A stretch of 64,000 bases of DNA, from positions 3,286,001 through 3,350,000 of the forward strand of contig OX597836.1 of the NCBI GenBank assembly GCA_951406725.2. The letters run 5' to 3'. The translations under genes were made by a program, and so were the position numbers. Positions 1 to 12,921 of this stretch are shown one piece after another. This stretch comes from Octopus vulgaris (Eukaryota). Below the pieces are notes generated by a model. The model had not been told where the DNA came from, made no database searches, and was given only the letters and a program-made list of their open reading frames with translations. Every line of letters starts with the position of its first letter. Position 1 is the first letter of the stretch.

Positions 1-52
1 GTGCTACAGCATGGCTGCAGTCAAATGACTGAAACAAATAAAAGAATAAAAA
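1..52 (+). mobile_element. 3' tail of SINE family B (window-truncated)
   Basis: gtgctacagcatggctgcagtcaaatgactgaaacaaataaaagaataaaa matches the tail of the full copies at 26180-26574 and 50072-50449. Confidence 0.85.
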
Positions 53-1051
53 ATATATAGATGGCTATATACGTGTATGTGTGTTGACGTGTTGATATAT
101 GTGTAGATCGTCACTCTACTTCGAAAGATACAGTGTGTCCTTCATCTAAGCGTCCATCCCGTTAACTATGCTAGACTATTCTACAAATACATATAGCCTT
201 AACTTCTTTACGCATTCGAATTTGCGGAAAACAACTTAAATCGAACCCAGAAATCATGATTGCCAGGTGAACTCATTAAGTATTTTATATATAAGAGTAG
301 GTGATGTGTCTTGAAAATTATTTCCAGTTTTGTTCTTCAGTTTATTCAAACAAACGATAAACGTTTAAAAGTAGCGTGACAATATATAAGAAACATATAT
401 GGTGAGAAGATATCGAAAAATATAGGGTATACTCTACATTAAGATTTGATTTATTGTTGGAAAAATACTCAGAAAAGGCTATAAATTTTCGTGTACTCAG
501 TTATCAAGCGTAGAACAGATTTAGTTCGAAATATGGTTACTCACGTATTCTAGTGAAAAACACTTCGGAATCTCTTCCCAGTTAACTGTAAGAGGTACCA
601 ACTTTTCAGTTTCCCAATGTCAACCCTGACATATATTCCTATAGCTGTATAAATCAAATTTTGGCTACCATGTTTAACCAAAATGTTATTGTCGGAAAAC
701 AGCAACGAATTTCTCACACGCACGATGATAGTAACATCCGAATTACTAAGTGGAATAAAAGTCTTACCGATTTCTAAAAACTTCTAAAGAAGAAACTTCA
801 TCATTTACTTTGCATTCAATATTAATTTCAAACTGGTTAAATTTACAAAGTAATTATTATCTACATTATTAATGAGCGGATGATTGTAATTTAGAGATGC
901 GTTTTCCTCACAAAATGGAACCAACTTGTTTACTTCTAGAAAATGATGAAATTTTAAATACTGATTCTACTGATATCATTTTTCCGATATTTAAATATAA
1001 TGTATAATTCATGTTTTACTAATTCGATTCTGTTGTCTGTGTGTTTTTTAG

Positions 1052-1183
1052 GCAAGGAGATATTCTCTTGCTTCAGAATATACATCAAGTAATCTGCTCA
1101 AGTGTTCTAATAAAGATTGTACGTGCGGCAAGAATATGAGAGAGCAAAGGAAAGGCGTCCAAAAGTGGTTGCTACAGATATGA
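1052..1183 (+). CDS. Candidate terminal coding exon of an unidentified gene (ARRYSLASEYTSSNLLKCSNKDCTCGKNMREQRKGVQKWLLQI*)
   Basis: Pyrimidine-rich acceptor tgtttttttag ends at 1051; phase-0 frame is open for 43 codons to TGA 1181-1183; non-repetitive sequence; AATAAA at 1856-1861 downstream. No family recognised. Confidence 0.45.
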   Translation, partial: ARRYSLASEYTSSNLLKCSNKDCTCGKNMREQRKGVQKWLLQI

Positions 1184-1349
1184 ACACAAAAATGATAGGG
1201 AAAATTTCAATAATTATACGATAACTGGATCTCGTACAAACCGAGGTATTTACTAATTATGCGATATACTACTTGTCAAATAGACAAGTTGCATGCATAT
1301 ATGATGAGATAATTGCAACATATTATGACTATAACTCTTTAACAAAATC

Positions 1350-1560
1350 AGGAAGGATGCGATCCTACGACATGATGGTCTGCCTCCTATGAGGGAAATC
1401 CTCATTGATGGACATTTACTCTGGATGGGTCACGAAAACTGAATGGACAACGGCAGACTCCTTCGACGAAACCTTTACGCCTAACTTAGCAAAGGGGAAA
1501 AGAAACCATGGAAAAGCTAGGCTGACATTCAAAGACACTGCAAAGAGGTGTATGAAGTGG
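1350..1560 (+). mobile_element. Decayed RTE-clade LINE ORF2 C-terminal fragment
   Basis: Translates across stops/frameshift as LPPMREILIDGHLLWMGHEN*MDNGRLLRRNLYA*L/AKGKRNHGKARLTFKDTAKR, matching the RTE C-terminal pattern LRWxGHVxRMxxxRLPKxxLYxELxxGKRxxGRPxxRxKD. Confidence 0.8.
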
Positions 1561-2314
1561 AAAATAATTACCCTAAAATCCCATCTAAATTGCGTACCTG
1601 TATAATTTACGCAAGTAATCTTCAGGATGAAATTTTGTTAAAAAAAGTTTCTAGTCATGTAAAATTCGAACCCAAAGATTTTGAGAATTGCTAATATAGC
1701 CAGGGGAAAAACAAATTTTTGACTTTAGTTGTATTTGGCATAATTTCACTTACTTATGATTAGATATTATTTAATTTTCACTAAACAAAAATAATTCCAG
1801 TTTAACAAGTATCAGATTAAAAGCTATTAAATTACAAAGTGTTTGTGTTGTTTATAATAAACTTCGTAATAAATAGAAAACTCAAGCAAAAAGAAAAAAC
1901 AGACCAGAAACAGAGAAATCTTATCACGCCATGCCTAAGTTACGAACAGCCATTGTCGTGACAACCGAATGCTGATATTAATAAGAATGAGATTCTAGAA
2001 TATTATGGTTTCATGAAACATAGATTACATTTAAAGATAATAGAGATAACTTTCTAGCAAGCACTTGATAAAGATTAATAAATCTAGAAGTAGCTTTGAG
2101 TGTCAGCAACAATATAAATTTTCCCTCATTTCTAACGCGACTTATTCCCTTTGTTTTCTATGAAATACTGTCTTATCTGTCGTTAAGTGATTCAGTGATG
2201 AGAGATAAGAAACATATTTGAAAATTTAAGAAGTCCAAGACACTAGAACTTGTGTTCCTCTATAACTATGATCAAAGGATTCAGTAGAAATGGTATACCG
2301 ATTAGGAAAGAGCA

Positions 2315-2641
2315 AAGATCCCTTTCAGTTACGAATGAGCATCGGATTGTACCTAGAAAGTTCTCTTCAGAAGTACAAGTCTGGGCAAGGTTGTTTATGG
2401 AAGACCAGCAGTCGTCCATACGTATCAGGCTCCCCTTTCCGCGCCATGCCACCGAAAAAGGCGAAGGCCGATGTAGTTTGGCACCAGTGATGTTGCAACT
2501 CATTTCTACAGCTGAGTGAAACTGGAGCAACGTGAAATAAAGTGTCTTGCTCAAGAACACAACTCACAGCCCGCTCCGACAATCGAAGTCACTGCACCGT
2601 GATTATGAGCCCGTCGGTCTAACCACTGAGCTATGCACCTT
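2315..2641 (-). mobile_element. tRNA-derived SINE, group C (tail variant 1)
   Basis: Minus strand starts aaggtgcatagctcagtggttaga (A-box-like)...ttcgatt (B-box-like), then core gtgttcttgagcaagacactttatttcacgttgctccag shared with 9536-9835 and 37100-37442. Confidence 0.75.
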
Positions 2642-3299
2642 TACCTGCCAATTACTGTTTGCCGAGTAATAATATGCTATGCTGCGGCAATTCTTAATGT
2701 GTTCAACGAAGTGGGGAAGAAACTGAGTGCCACAGCCCTGCGTTTGTAATGATAGAATTTTTCTTTTGAAATTCATAGAGTCCTATATTGCTTTCCGCAC
2801 TTACGTCGTTATCATAATGATGGATTGGTTATTTTCCAGTGCGTGAAAAGAAACAACACAATTAATTCTGCTCTTTAAAATATCCAATGTATTCGAATCA
2901 GACATTAAAGTAGATTTAAATATTGTATACATTGTCCTTAATGTAAACCTACAAGGAATTTCAAGCATCAAAGATGGGTTCCAACGGCCTTCACTACTCC
3001 TCAAGCCTTTCTTTAATGTAAGTAAGTTCATATCTGGCTTATACAAAATGATGTTAGGAGGCGCTGCATTAAGACTACCCTATGTGTGTGTGTGTGTCTA
3101 GGGAGAGTGATTATGCCAATATAAATAACACACGCACCGGTTCACTACAACTCCTTTTCTATTAGACAATTGGGTAAATTAAGTGCTAGTGAAAAACTGG
3201 GGTCAATGTAATCGACTAGTCCACTTACCCCCAAAATTTCAGACCCAGTGTCTTATAGTGTCAATTGGTTAAATATCCTGCTGGCATACCGACTGTTTG

Positions 3300-3466
<167 letters not shown>

Positions 3467-3650
3467 GTACAAATACGTGTGTGCGCACGTGCATTTTTCT
3501 TTAAGAATACTGTTCCTCGAAAGCATAGATAAACCCCTCAAACTAATATAAAATTATTTTTGACATAACCAGACACACCCACACACAAACATATATAGAT
3601 ATACATATATATACGTTACATATATTCATATATATATATATCTATATATT

Positions 3651-3682
<32 letters not shown>

Positions 3683-4549
3683 CGTGTGGTGTTAATACAT
3701 TACGATCTCCAGTACTGCAATTCTCTTAAACTAGAAATAGTGTTTCCTTTCTTGATGCACACACACACATTCATATATTTATAAATGTGTATATGCATGC
3801 ATATATATATATACACATCTGTATGTGTTTATATATATATATACACACATCTGTATATGTTTATATATGTATGTATATATATACACTTTTGTATATGTAT
3901 GTATATAGTTATATATATACCTACATACGTATATGCATGTAAGTATACAGTGATATATAATTATACTCACATGTTTATATGGATGTGTGGTTTGATGGCA
4001 GGATGGATAAGTATTTGTATATATATACTTTAATGATGATCCAATAACTGACAGCAGGGAATATAATTAAGAGAGAGCACAATAGCGCTCAGCGTAAATC
4101 CATCCATTGATACAATTTAAAATGGCCATTGGCTTGGCTACATTAAGTTAGAAATAATTGAATTGTAAATCATATTAATAACGATAATTGATATTCGCAA
4201 ATTGATTGATATTGAGGCAAATCTTTTCAATGTGGTCACTATTTGCAAACCACCATATTTGAATCGTTGATGGGTTCTTAGCAAATACTGACCATGAATT
4301 GGCAAATATGAATTAGTCTTCGCTTTCGCACATCAGGTTGATGAAGGCTAAAACAGTGCAAAGTCTATATCCGGTTTCTGTATTATATGGAGTGTGTGCG
4401 CTGCTGTGTGCGTCTTGAGATAAATCGCTTTTGGTAGTCTTAGATTTGTAAGTGTTTCCCAATAAAATGTAGAATTGAAAAACTCCGAGTAGTTACAGAA
4501 TATATGCACAGTGTTATGATAGACATTTATACTCGAATTTCGCACTGCA

Positions 4550-5390
4550 TGGCAGGCAATTGACAATAAACTAAATGGCCAATGCTAGTAGAACATCTCG
4601 TAGCTAAATTGAAGATACCCAGCACAGCGCACATGGCAAAACGAACGTTTCTGCTCCGTGAATGCATCGTCTTGTGATACCTGATCAAAAGCGCATCACG
4701 TGAAAATCCAACATCGTTTCAGGTATATGCATCTGGTTGCCTTGAAAGTCGCTTTATCCAGGCTGAATGCTGGCTTTATGACTTTGAGCTAGAGACAAAG
4801 AGACTGTTCATAGAGTGGAAAGACCCTACTCCATCTGCCCTCAAAAGACCTAGGTAGTGTCGTCTCAAGAGAAGGTGACGTCTTTAGATTTCAGGTATGC
4901 AAAAGGCATTGTTTTATTGACTATCTTCAAAATGGCCACACTATCAACAGAGAGTACTATGGCAAACTACAGGGGCACTTACGAAAGGTTAAGTTGTTCA
5001 AATGCCCAGGAAAATCGAAGAAAGGGGTTTTGTTTCATGCGAATAATGCTCCAGCATACATATCCTTAGTTTCAGTGGCTGCTTTGCGTGACTGAGGCTT
5101 TGAACTGGTTGGTCAGCCTCCCTATTCTCCTGTTTTGGCCCATAACTTACTATCATCTCTCTCCCAATTGGCTGGGAAGCAGAATCGCAGAATGATGACA
5201 TCGCGTTAGCTGTTGATGACTTTTTTTAGCAACAGGATGACGCGCTGTTTCACCAATGGGATGCAAACACTGCGACATTGATAGAGTGTGTGGAAGGCAA
5301 GGGGTGGGGAATACGCTGAACTACGACAAACGTCATTTGTCACATTACATGACGGTATCTTGGTCAGCCTATCAACTTTACAGCCGACCT

Positions 5391-5396
<6 letters not shown>
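4550..5396 (+). mobile_element. Decayed mariner (DD34D-type) transposase with probable right TIR
   Basis: Motifs readable through stops/frameshifts: NVSAP*MHRLVIPDQKR (cf. KVSARWVPRLL), AECWLYDFELETKR, IDYLQNGHTINREYY, KGVLFHANNAPAH, GFELVGQPPYSPVLA (cf. HPPYSPDLAP), CVEGKG; ends aactttacagccgaccttctta. Confidence 0.85.
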
Positions 5397-5427
<31 letters not shown>

Positions 5428-5479
5428 AAAAATGTATACACGTACCTATATATGCATTCGAGATATATACATATGTATG

Positions 5480-5619
5480 TATGTATCCATTTGATATAAA
5501 CACACACATGCATATATATATATGTATTTAATATTATATATATATATCCATTTGATATAAACACACACACACATATATATATGTATTTAATATTATATAT
5601 ATATATCCATTTGATATAA

Positions 5620-5671
<52 letters not shown>

Positions 5672-5680
5672 TTAATATTT
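5480..5680. repeat. Three tandem ~62-bp units built around tatccatttgatataaac(ac)n(at)n
   Basis: tatccatttgatataaacacacac recurs near 5484, 5545 and 5604. Confidence 0.85.
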
Positions 5681-5861
5681 ATTTATATATGTTTGTGTGT
5701 ATGTATATAAGTTCAAATAAAGTTTACAAACCTCATTAAGAGATAGCAAAATCCTATGTAAGTACATTTGTATATACACATATGGGTGTTTGTATATGTG
5801 TGTGTGCGTGTGTATGTATATGTTAGTGCATAAATGTCTAGAGGGAAAGATTGATTGAAAT

Positions 5862-5893
<32 letters not shown>

Positions 5894-6214
5894 GAAGCGA
5901 AATAAGGCAAATGCGAAGAATTTGATTCTAAAGAATCCATGGTTGTCTTTGCATTTCTGTATTACAAGATTTATAAGAGGCGAACACACGCACTCATTTC
6001 TCCACGCCCAGTTTCTCACGCTCACGTATTTGTATGCATGTGTTTGTATGTGTATACCTACAACTCCCACTCACACACGCATACACACACACATATATAC
6101 ACCTGTGTGTATGCGTGTGTACTCATATTTTTAAACAATCATAAATGTACAAATCAAAGTGTGTATGCATATAAGCACACCTTTAATACATACGCAAGCG
6201 TATATGCTTATATA

Positions 6215-6494
6215 TAAACACATATGTATGTACATATAAAAATATATATGCATATATATGCGCATACATATATATACATATATATATACATATATATATA
6301 CATGTATATATATATATACATGTGTATATATATATATATATATATATATGCACATATATATAAACACATGTATATATATATATATACATGTGTATATATA
6401 TATATATATATATATGCACATATATATAAATATATATATATATATATATGCACATATATATAAATATATATATATATATACATGTGTGCGTATG

Positions 6495-6529
<35 letters not shown>

Positions 6530-6579
6530 GTATATAAAATTTTATGTATTACTATATATCACAGACATACACATATATA

Positions 6580-6629
<50 letters not shown>

Positions 6630-6630
6630 A
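6215..6630. repeat. Compound (TA)/(CA)/(CT) microsatellite block
   Basis: Directly visible; source of the YIYI ORFs. Confidence 0.95.
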
Positions 6631-6703
6631 ACATATGCGCATATATCCCAACAGAACAACGTTCGAATGGCCACCACACCTCAACTGACAAGACGAGCGC
6701 GTA

Positions 6704-6963
6704 TATATAAATGAAGAGAAACACTCAAGTGAGATATCTGTTCACTCTTTTGTTTCAATTGATGTTGGCCTCCTTCAAGAATGATTGGCACAGCACCAGT
6801 ACACCTATCTTATGGCTGTCATACGTCTCAAAGAACTTTCTGCAAAATCTTCGTCCAGAAAATTTAGGTCGCCTCTCTAGTGTTCTATTTGTTGTCTGCT
6901 CTAACTTTTCATTATTGTAACCTACTGTTCCGTTTGTTAGCGTGACAGTGTGTGTGTGTAAGT
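6704..6963 (+). promoter_or_regulatory. Possible TATA promoter and non-coding first exon
   Basis: gcgcgTATATATAAAtg (6704-6711) in unique sequence; GTAAGT donor consensus at 6958-6963; motif-only evidence. Confidence 0.25.
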
Positions 6964-7141
6964 GTGTGGGAGGGTTTCGAGTTTTGTGTGCGTAGAAAAA
7001 AGGGGCGGTGAGGGAGTAGGGGACTGCGCAAAGAATTTATATATATTTTTGTATGTAACTTTCTATTGCTAAATTTTGATATTTAAAAAAAAAATATTAT
7101 TGCTATTATTATTTGTATTATTAATAATTTTTATTAACCAT

Positions 7142-8225
7142 AGCGGTGAGCTGGAAGAATCGTTAGCTCGCTGGGCGAATGCTTAGCGGCATTTCGTCCG
7201 TTTTTTATATTCTGAGTTCAAATTCCACCGAGGTCGACTTTGCCTCCAACCTTTCGGGGTCATAAATTAGGTATCTGTTGCGTCCCCAAAAATTTCAGGC
7301 TTTGTGCCTATAGTACAAAGGGTAATAAATATTTATATTGACCATAGTGGTGAGCTGGCAGAATGGTTAGCACGAGGAACAAAATGCTTAGCGGCATTTC
7401 GTCCGTTTTAAGTTCTGAGTTCAAATTCCGCCGAGGTCGACTTTGCCTTTTATCATTTTCGATAAAATAATTACCAGTTGAAAACTGGGGTGGGGGTGGG
7501 GGGCCGATGTAATTGACTTATAAGGCAAATTATTGGCCTTATACCAAAACTTGAAATTCATATTTTTATTAAGCATTGCTGCGATCTGACAGAACCGTCA
7601 ACCATTCGGATCAAATGTTTTGTAGCGTTTCTTCTGGTACTTCCTTCTTTCAAATTTCTGTCGACGTCAACTTCGCCTTTTATTCTTCCGTTGTTGATAA
7701 AATAAGAACATATTCATTCTTGGAGTCGATGGAATCGAATTACTCGGTCCTCTGAAATTGCTGGCCTCGTGCAAACATTGGAAGACATCATTAATTTATA
7801 TTTGTATTAACCTTCCAGCACTGAGCTGGCAGAATTTCTAGAGCATCGCACAAATTGTTTAGCAGTATACTTCAAGTTCTTTACGTTCTGCGTTCAAATT
7901 CCGCCGAGGTTAACTTAGCCTTTCATTCTTCCGCTGTTGATAAAATAAGTACCAGCTAAACGCTGGGGTTGATGTAACTAACGCGGCACCGCCCTGTGAT
8001 TATTACTTAGCAAAGGACGGCCAGCGGTCAGAATCGTTATCGCGTTGGACGTAATGCTTAGCGTGTTATCGCCCGTCGCTACGTTCTGAGTTCAAATTCT
8101 GCCGAGGTCGACTTTGCCTTTCATGATTTCGGGGTCAAGGAATTAAGTACCAGTTGCGTACTGAGGTCGTGTAATCGACTACCCCCTTCCCCCAAATTGC
8201 TGGCATTGTGCCAATAGTAGAACTG
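7142..8225 (+). mobile_element. Head-to-tail array of five SINE family A copies
   Basis: Units begin ~7142, 7345, 7578, 7817 and 8015; each carries variants of gagctggcagaa...gttcaaattccgccgaggtcgactttgcctttcatcc...gataaaataagtaccag. Confidence 0.85.
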
Positions 8226-8876
8226 GTTATTATTATTATTATTATTATTATTATTTTTACTATCAATACACATACTTTTATTGTGTATTTTCACTGCTGA
8301 CCCGAACGCAGTTGTGTGTCACTTACATAAGTTCAGTATCATCTGGTATTTTTTGAGCTGATTTTCTATCATATTACATTATTTTGAAGTAATCAATACG
8401 TGATTTAAAGAATAGAATTAAATTCAAATCTTGCATTGACAAAAGTCTGTCCTACTGACAATGAAATTCTTCTTTTCTATACTAGTGAGGTCTCCTGTAA
8501 AGTAACGGGAACGAGAGCTGAAGAAATAGAAAAACCCGAAGATCGATTTCTTTTACCAAGAATAATTAATTAATGGCTAATTGCAATGGCGCCAATTTTC
8601 TAAGCTGATAATGATGTTATGTCCACAATAATTAAATTTAATCAAACATGACGTGAGAAATCCAAATATAACTCAGGTTTCGTCTTACGATCACCAAAAC
8701 CAGGTTATGGATCTTTAACCGCGAAGGTGTTTTGAGAAAGACGTGCATTACACAACAATGAGTACGTTGTTGTTGTTGCTTTTATTTCTTCTTCTTCTTC
8801 TTCTTCTTCGAAGAACTACAACCGTGATGCGTCTTACAATATAACACAAGGCCAGGAAACACTCCTAGTTTCCTTC

Positions 8877-9110
8877 GGTCGAGCTGGTAGAACCGTTAGC
8901 ACATCGGGCGAAATGCTTAGCGGTATTTTGTCTGCGTTACGTTGTGAGTTCAAATTCCGCCGAGGTCGACTTTGCCTTTCATCCTTTCGAGGTCGATAAA
9001 TTAAGTACCAGTTACGCACTGGGGTCGATGTAATCGACATAATACCTATGTCTGTCCTTGTTTGTCCCCTCTGTGTTTAGCCCCTTGTGGGTAATAAAGA
9101 AATAGGTATT
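8877..9110 (+). mobile_element. SINE family A, linker-bearing (dimeric) subfamily, low divergence
   Basis: tRNA-like head with gagttcaaattcc B box, core gaggtcgactttgcctttcatcctttcgaggtcgataaattaagtaccag (resembles my recollection of the Meta/MESC-type SINE domain), then linker ...gccccttgtgggtaataaagaaataggtatt. Confidence 0.9.
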
Positions 9111-9535
9111 CCAAATACTGAAACAGACCTGATACTATTGCTGATCTTATTCCACGAGACTAGAATGACCAGCGCTAAGAGAACAGGACTAATTCTTGAC
9201 CCGGCGTTTGCTGCTGGTCATCTGGTTGCTCTTTTACCACTTGGATTTGGTTAATCTCCTGCTGCCTCCGCCGAAGAATATCAAACTCATCAATATGTTT
9301 CTCTAAGCATCACTTATTTCGAGTTTGTCCCCGCTATACACTGGTTTCCTCTTGAAATATTCTGCTGTATATATTATACGAACACGTATCGAATTGCAAA
9401 TATTCAAGCCAGACTTTTAACAGCAACGTGAGATTTACGATGAATATTGTAAGGGCAGGGACCAAGGTAAATTCTCATGAATTAACCAGTAGGGGACGTA
9501 TGTATGCGTGTACGTTTGTGTGTGTGTGGTGGCTG

Positions 9536-9835
9536 CGTGTATCATGATATCAACCAGACTATCGGATGTTTTTGTACATCGCTGAACACAGTGCGCTTTA
9601 CAACGTTTTAACTGTCGAATAATGCCACCCCACTGCCTGAGCGAGCAGGCCAACATTCCCCTTCTGATCGGAAGGCTAGTATGCCACAGGGCTACACATG
9701 TACACCTTAGTGGACTAGAGTAACGTGAAATGAAGTGTTTTGCTCAAGAACTCAATGCACCACCCGGTCAGGGAATCAAACCCACAACCCCAAGATCGCC
9801 TGTGCAACGCCTTAACCACTAGGCCACGCGCCTTC
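9536..9835 (-). mobile_element. tRNA-derived SINE, group C (tail variant 2)
   Basis: Minus strand gaaggcgcgtggcctagtggttaagg...ggtttgattccc...gagttcttgagcaaaacacttcatttcacgttactctag, followed by a body different from 2315-2641. Confidence 0.75.
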
Positions 9836-9847
9836 ATATGCAAAACA

Positions 9848-10022
9848 TGTATGTATATATATATATATGTGTGTGTGTGTATACAGATAGAGAGATAGAC
9901 AGATGCATATATATATATATATAAATATACATACATACACATACATACATACACACACATATATACATACACACACATATATACATATATACATACATAT
10001 ACATACATACATATACATACAT

Positions 10023-10067
<45 letters not shown>

Positions 10068-10087
10068 CAGATAGAGAGATAGACAGA

Positions 10088-10135
<48 letters not shown>

Positions 10136-10154
10136 CAGATAGAGAGATAGACAG

Positions 10155-10207
<53 letters not shown>

Positions 10208-10247
10208 TAGAGAGATAGACATATATATATATATATATATATATATT
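9848..10247. repeat. Microsatellite block with repeated gatagagagatagacagatg spacer
   Basis: Spacer recurs four times between (TA)n tracts. Confidence 0.9.
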
Positions 10248-11169
10248 AGTATATAAAGACACTTGTTCTGATATACACCCTGGTAATAACACCGGAGAAA
10301 AACGGAAACTGAAAATGTATCAAAAACTGAGATGCGTTGAGTTTACGTGCAAAAAGCAACAGAAACAACGACGACGACATCAACAACAACAACAACAACA
10401 ATATTAATAATAACAACAACAACAATAATTGCAATAAAAAGAGAATTCAAAATAACTTTCCAAAAATATATTTTTGTAATAAAAACAACTATCTCGTAAT
10501 ATTTCGTTATGGCATCGCGTTTAAAAACCGCAGCTGAAATATGTGATAAATATCAGGTTGTGTGCGACAATCTCGTCGTACAGATATTCGGCTGGTTGAG
10601 TTGACAATATTATTAAGTTGTAGTTATTGACATAAATACATAGACAAAATCTGTTTCTCCTCCAATTACAAATATCGTGTTGTTGTGACAGGAAAATATA
10701 TACATGTCTGATTCTTTCACCGGCGGATGATAAAGAGATTTGTAAAACAATTTTCGCTATGTACACATTGGTGATAAAAATAGGTAGCCTTGTCTACAGA
10801 TGGCAAAGAAAACTGTAAGAGACAACTGCTTGTTACATACAAAAGTATATATCACCGGCAGAAGTGGTCGTATATATTCTTCTTGTCAATATTGAGATGA
10901 GTAAATGTTTTCTATGTGTGAGGGATTGATAGAAACATACGCTTCGACACATAGGATGAATGACTACGTAGAGACATAAATCACAATATATAAATCAAGA
11001 GAAATTTATGCCCGCTTGCATATGTAGCTACTTGTTCTCTGTGCAGCAGAAACACGTGTAGGCCGTTGTAACCATGGACGTATGACATACTGTAAAGTAA
11101 AACGAAATATATTTTGAAGATGTAGCAGTCGTTAGAATTCTCTATCGTTAGAATTATTGCATATATACA

Positions 11170-11332
11170 CGACGGACTGCTTTCAGTTTCCGTCTACAAA
11201 ACCCTCACACAAGGCTTTGCTCGGCCCGAGACTGTAATAAAACACACTTCCGCAACAGGCCTCGCGAAGGAACTGAACCCAGTGCTATGTCGTTAGGACG
11301 CAAACATGTTACCACACAGCCACGCCTGCACC
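11170..11332 (-). mobile_element. SINE family B, 5' half
   Basis: Reverse complement of ggcgcaggcgtggctgtgtggtaa...gggttcagt...gtagacggaaactgaaag. Confidence 0.85.
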
Positions 11333-11809
11333 TCAATACCCATTTCGTATTAGTTTCTACATCGCTTATGTAATGCGCATTAGCATAGAAAATGATAGTT
11401 ACACAACATCATAAACTAAGAAAACGATGAAATTGTAGGAAGACTCGAAACCAATTACGTTCAACACTACACTTAACACAAATACACAATACGATCAAAT
11501 ACCTACGAATCACATTAATTATTGAACACAAAAATACAATGTATAATTATGAAAAATGAGGCAGCCTTCGACGTTTGCGTGTTTTTTTATTTGTTTGGGT
11601 TTTTTGTAATGCATATACACTTCTGTAGCCTTTTTCATGTTCTTACATACACACAAACATCAGATATGTTTATTCACAAATATGTGTGCAAATCCGTATG
11701 TATGTGCATATGTATATATGTACGTATATGTTTATGTATATATATATATGTGCATGTATATAGACAAACACACACTTATATGTAACTGTATAAGTGCATA
11801 TTTATGTGT

Positions 11810-11814
11810 CTTTT

Positions 11815-11846
<32 letters not shown>

Positions 11847-11906
11847 ATATATATATATTTATATATTTATATATATATATTTATATATATATATATATTT
11901 ATATAT

Positions 11907-11941
<35 letters not shown>

Positions 11942-12093
11942 ATATTTATATATTTATATATATATATATATTTATATATTTATATTTATATATTTATATA
12001 TATATATATATATTTATATATTATATATATATATATATATTTATATATTTATATATATATTTATATATATATACATATATATTTATATTTATA

Positions 12094-12174
<81 letters not shown>

Positions 12175-12258
12175 AGGAACACGATTCTGTGAATGTATAT
12201 ATGAATTATATGTGTGTACATAGATATGTATTTACATATATATATATATATATTTATG

Positions 12259-12318
<60 letters not shown>

Positions 12319-12320
12319 GT
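11810..12320. repeat. Long (TA)n-rich, (TG)n and (GATA)n microsatellite
   Basis: Directly visible. Confidence 0.95.
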
Positions 12321-12669
12321 ATTCATTTAAATTTATTTTTTCTTATTATTATATAGTTAATGGGCTTCTGCCAAGATTTGTACCATTATTATTAATATAT
12401 TTATTGCGATTCCCTTTTTTATGAATTGCTTCTCCCTTGTGATATTTTCTGTTTTATTGGCTCTATGTAAGATATATAAATAATTAATACTGTCTAAAGC
12501 CAATAATTTATTGAAATTATAAATAATATTTTGCAGTTCTTCCGTCTCTCATTTTTCGTGTCTTTCCTTGGTTTATTTTTCATTGTATCCGTATTTTCTT
12601 GTATTCTGTTATTGATACCTTTATTTGTTTGATTGTATTACTACCTTCTTTAAAACAACTAACCATATA

Positions 12670-12874
12670 TATAAAGGGAGAGTTTACGAAAAAAAGAAAG
12701 GACGAAGACAGGTGGTGTACAAAACAAACAGATGTATTAGTATAACGCTCAGGAATAGAAAAAGTCTTTTACGTTTCGAGCCTACGCTCTTCTACAGAAA
12801 GGGAGACAGAAAAAAGCAAGGAAAGAAACAAGGAGAGAAAAAAATGTGTGTAGTGGCTAACGATCTATCATGGC

Positions 12875-12877
<3 letters not shown>
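12670..12877 (-). mobile_element. Dispersed repeat carrying a hammerhead-like motif (Penelope-like pseudo-LTR or retrozyme candidate)
   Basis: Homologous to 36885-37058 (shared gtattag...tttcgagcctacgctcttc..cagaaa); abuts a (TA)n tract. Confidence 0.6.
12766..12801 (-). ncRNA. Minimal type-I hammerhead ribozyme-like motif, U6 core variant
   Basis: Minus strand: cuuu-CUGUAGA-A-gagc(guag)gcuc-GAAAC-GUA-aaag; stem I cuuu/aaag, stem II gagc/gcuc, palindromic ACGU stem III. Confidence 0.65.

Positions 12878-12921
<44 letters not shown>

Noticed and set aside
8877-8960. tRNA-like sequences at SINE heads (also 26180, 37100, 41270)
   Set aside because: A/B-box-like motifs are followed by SINE cores and tails; no complete cloverleaf, so not tRNA genes
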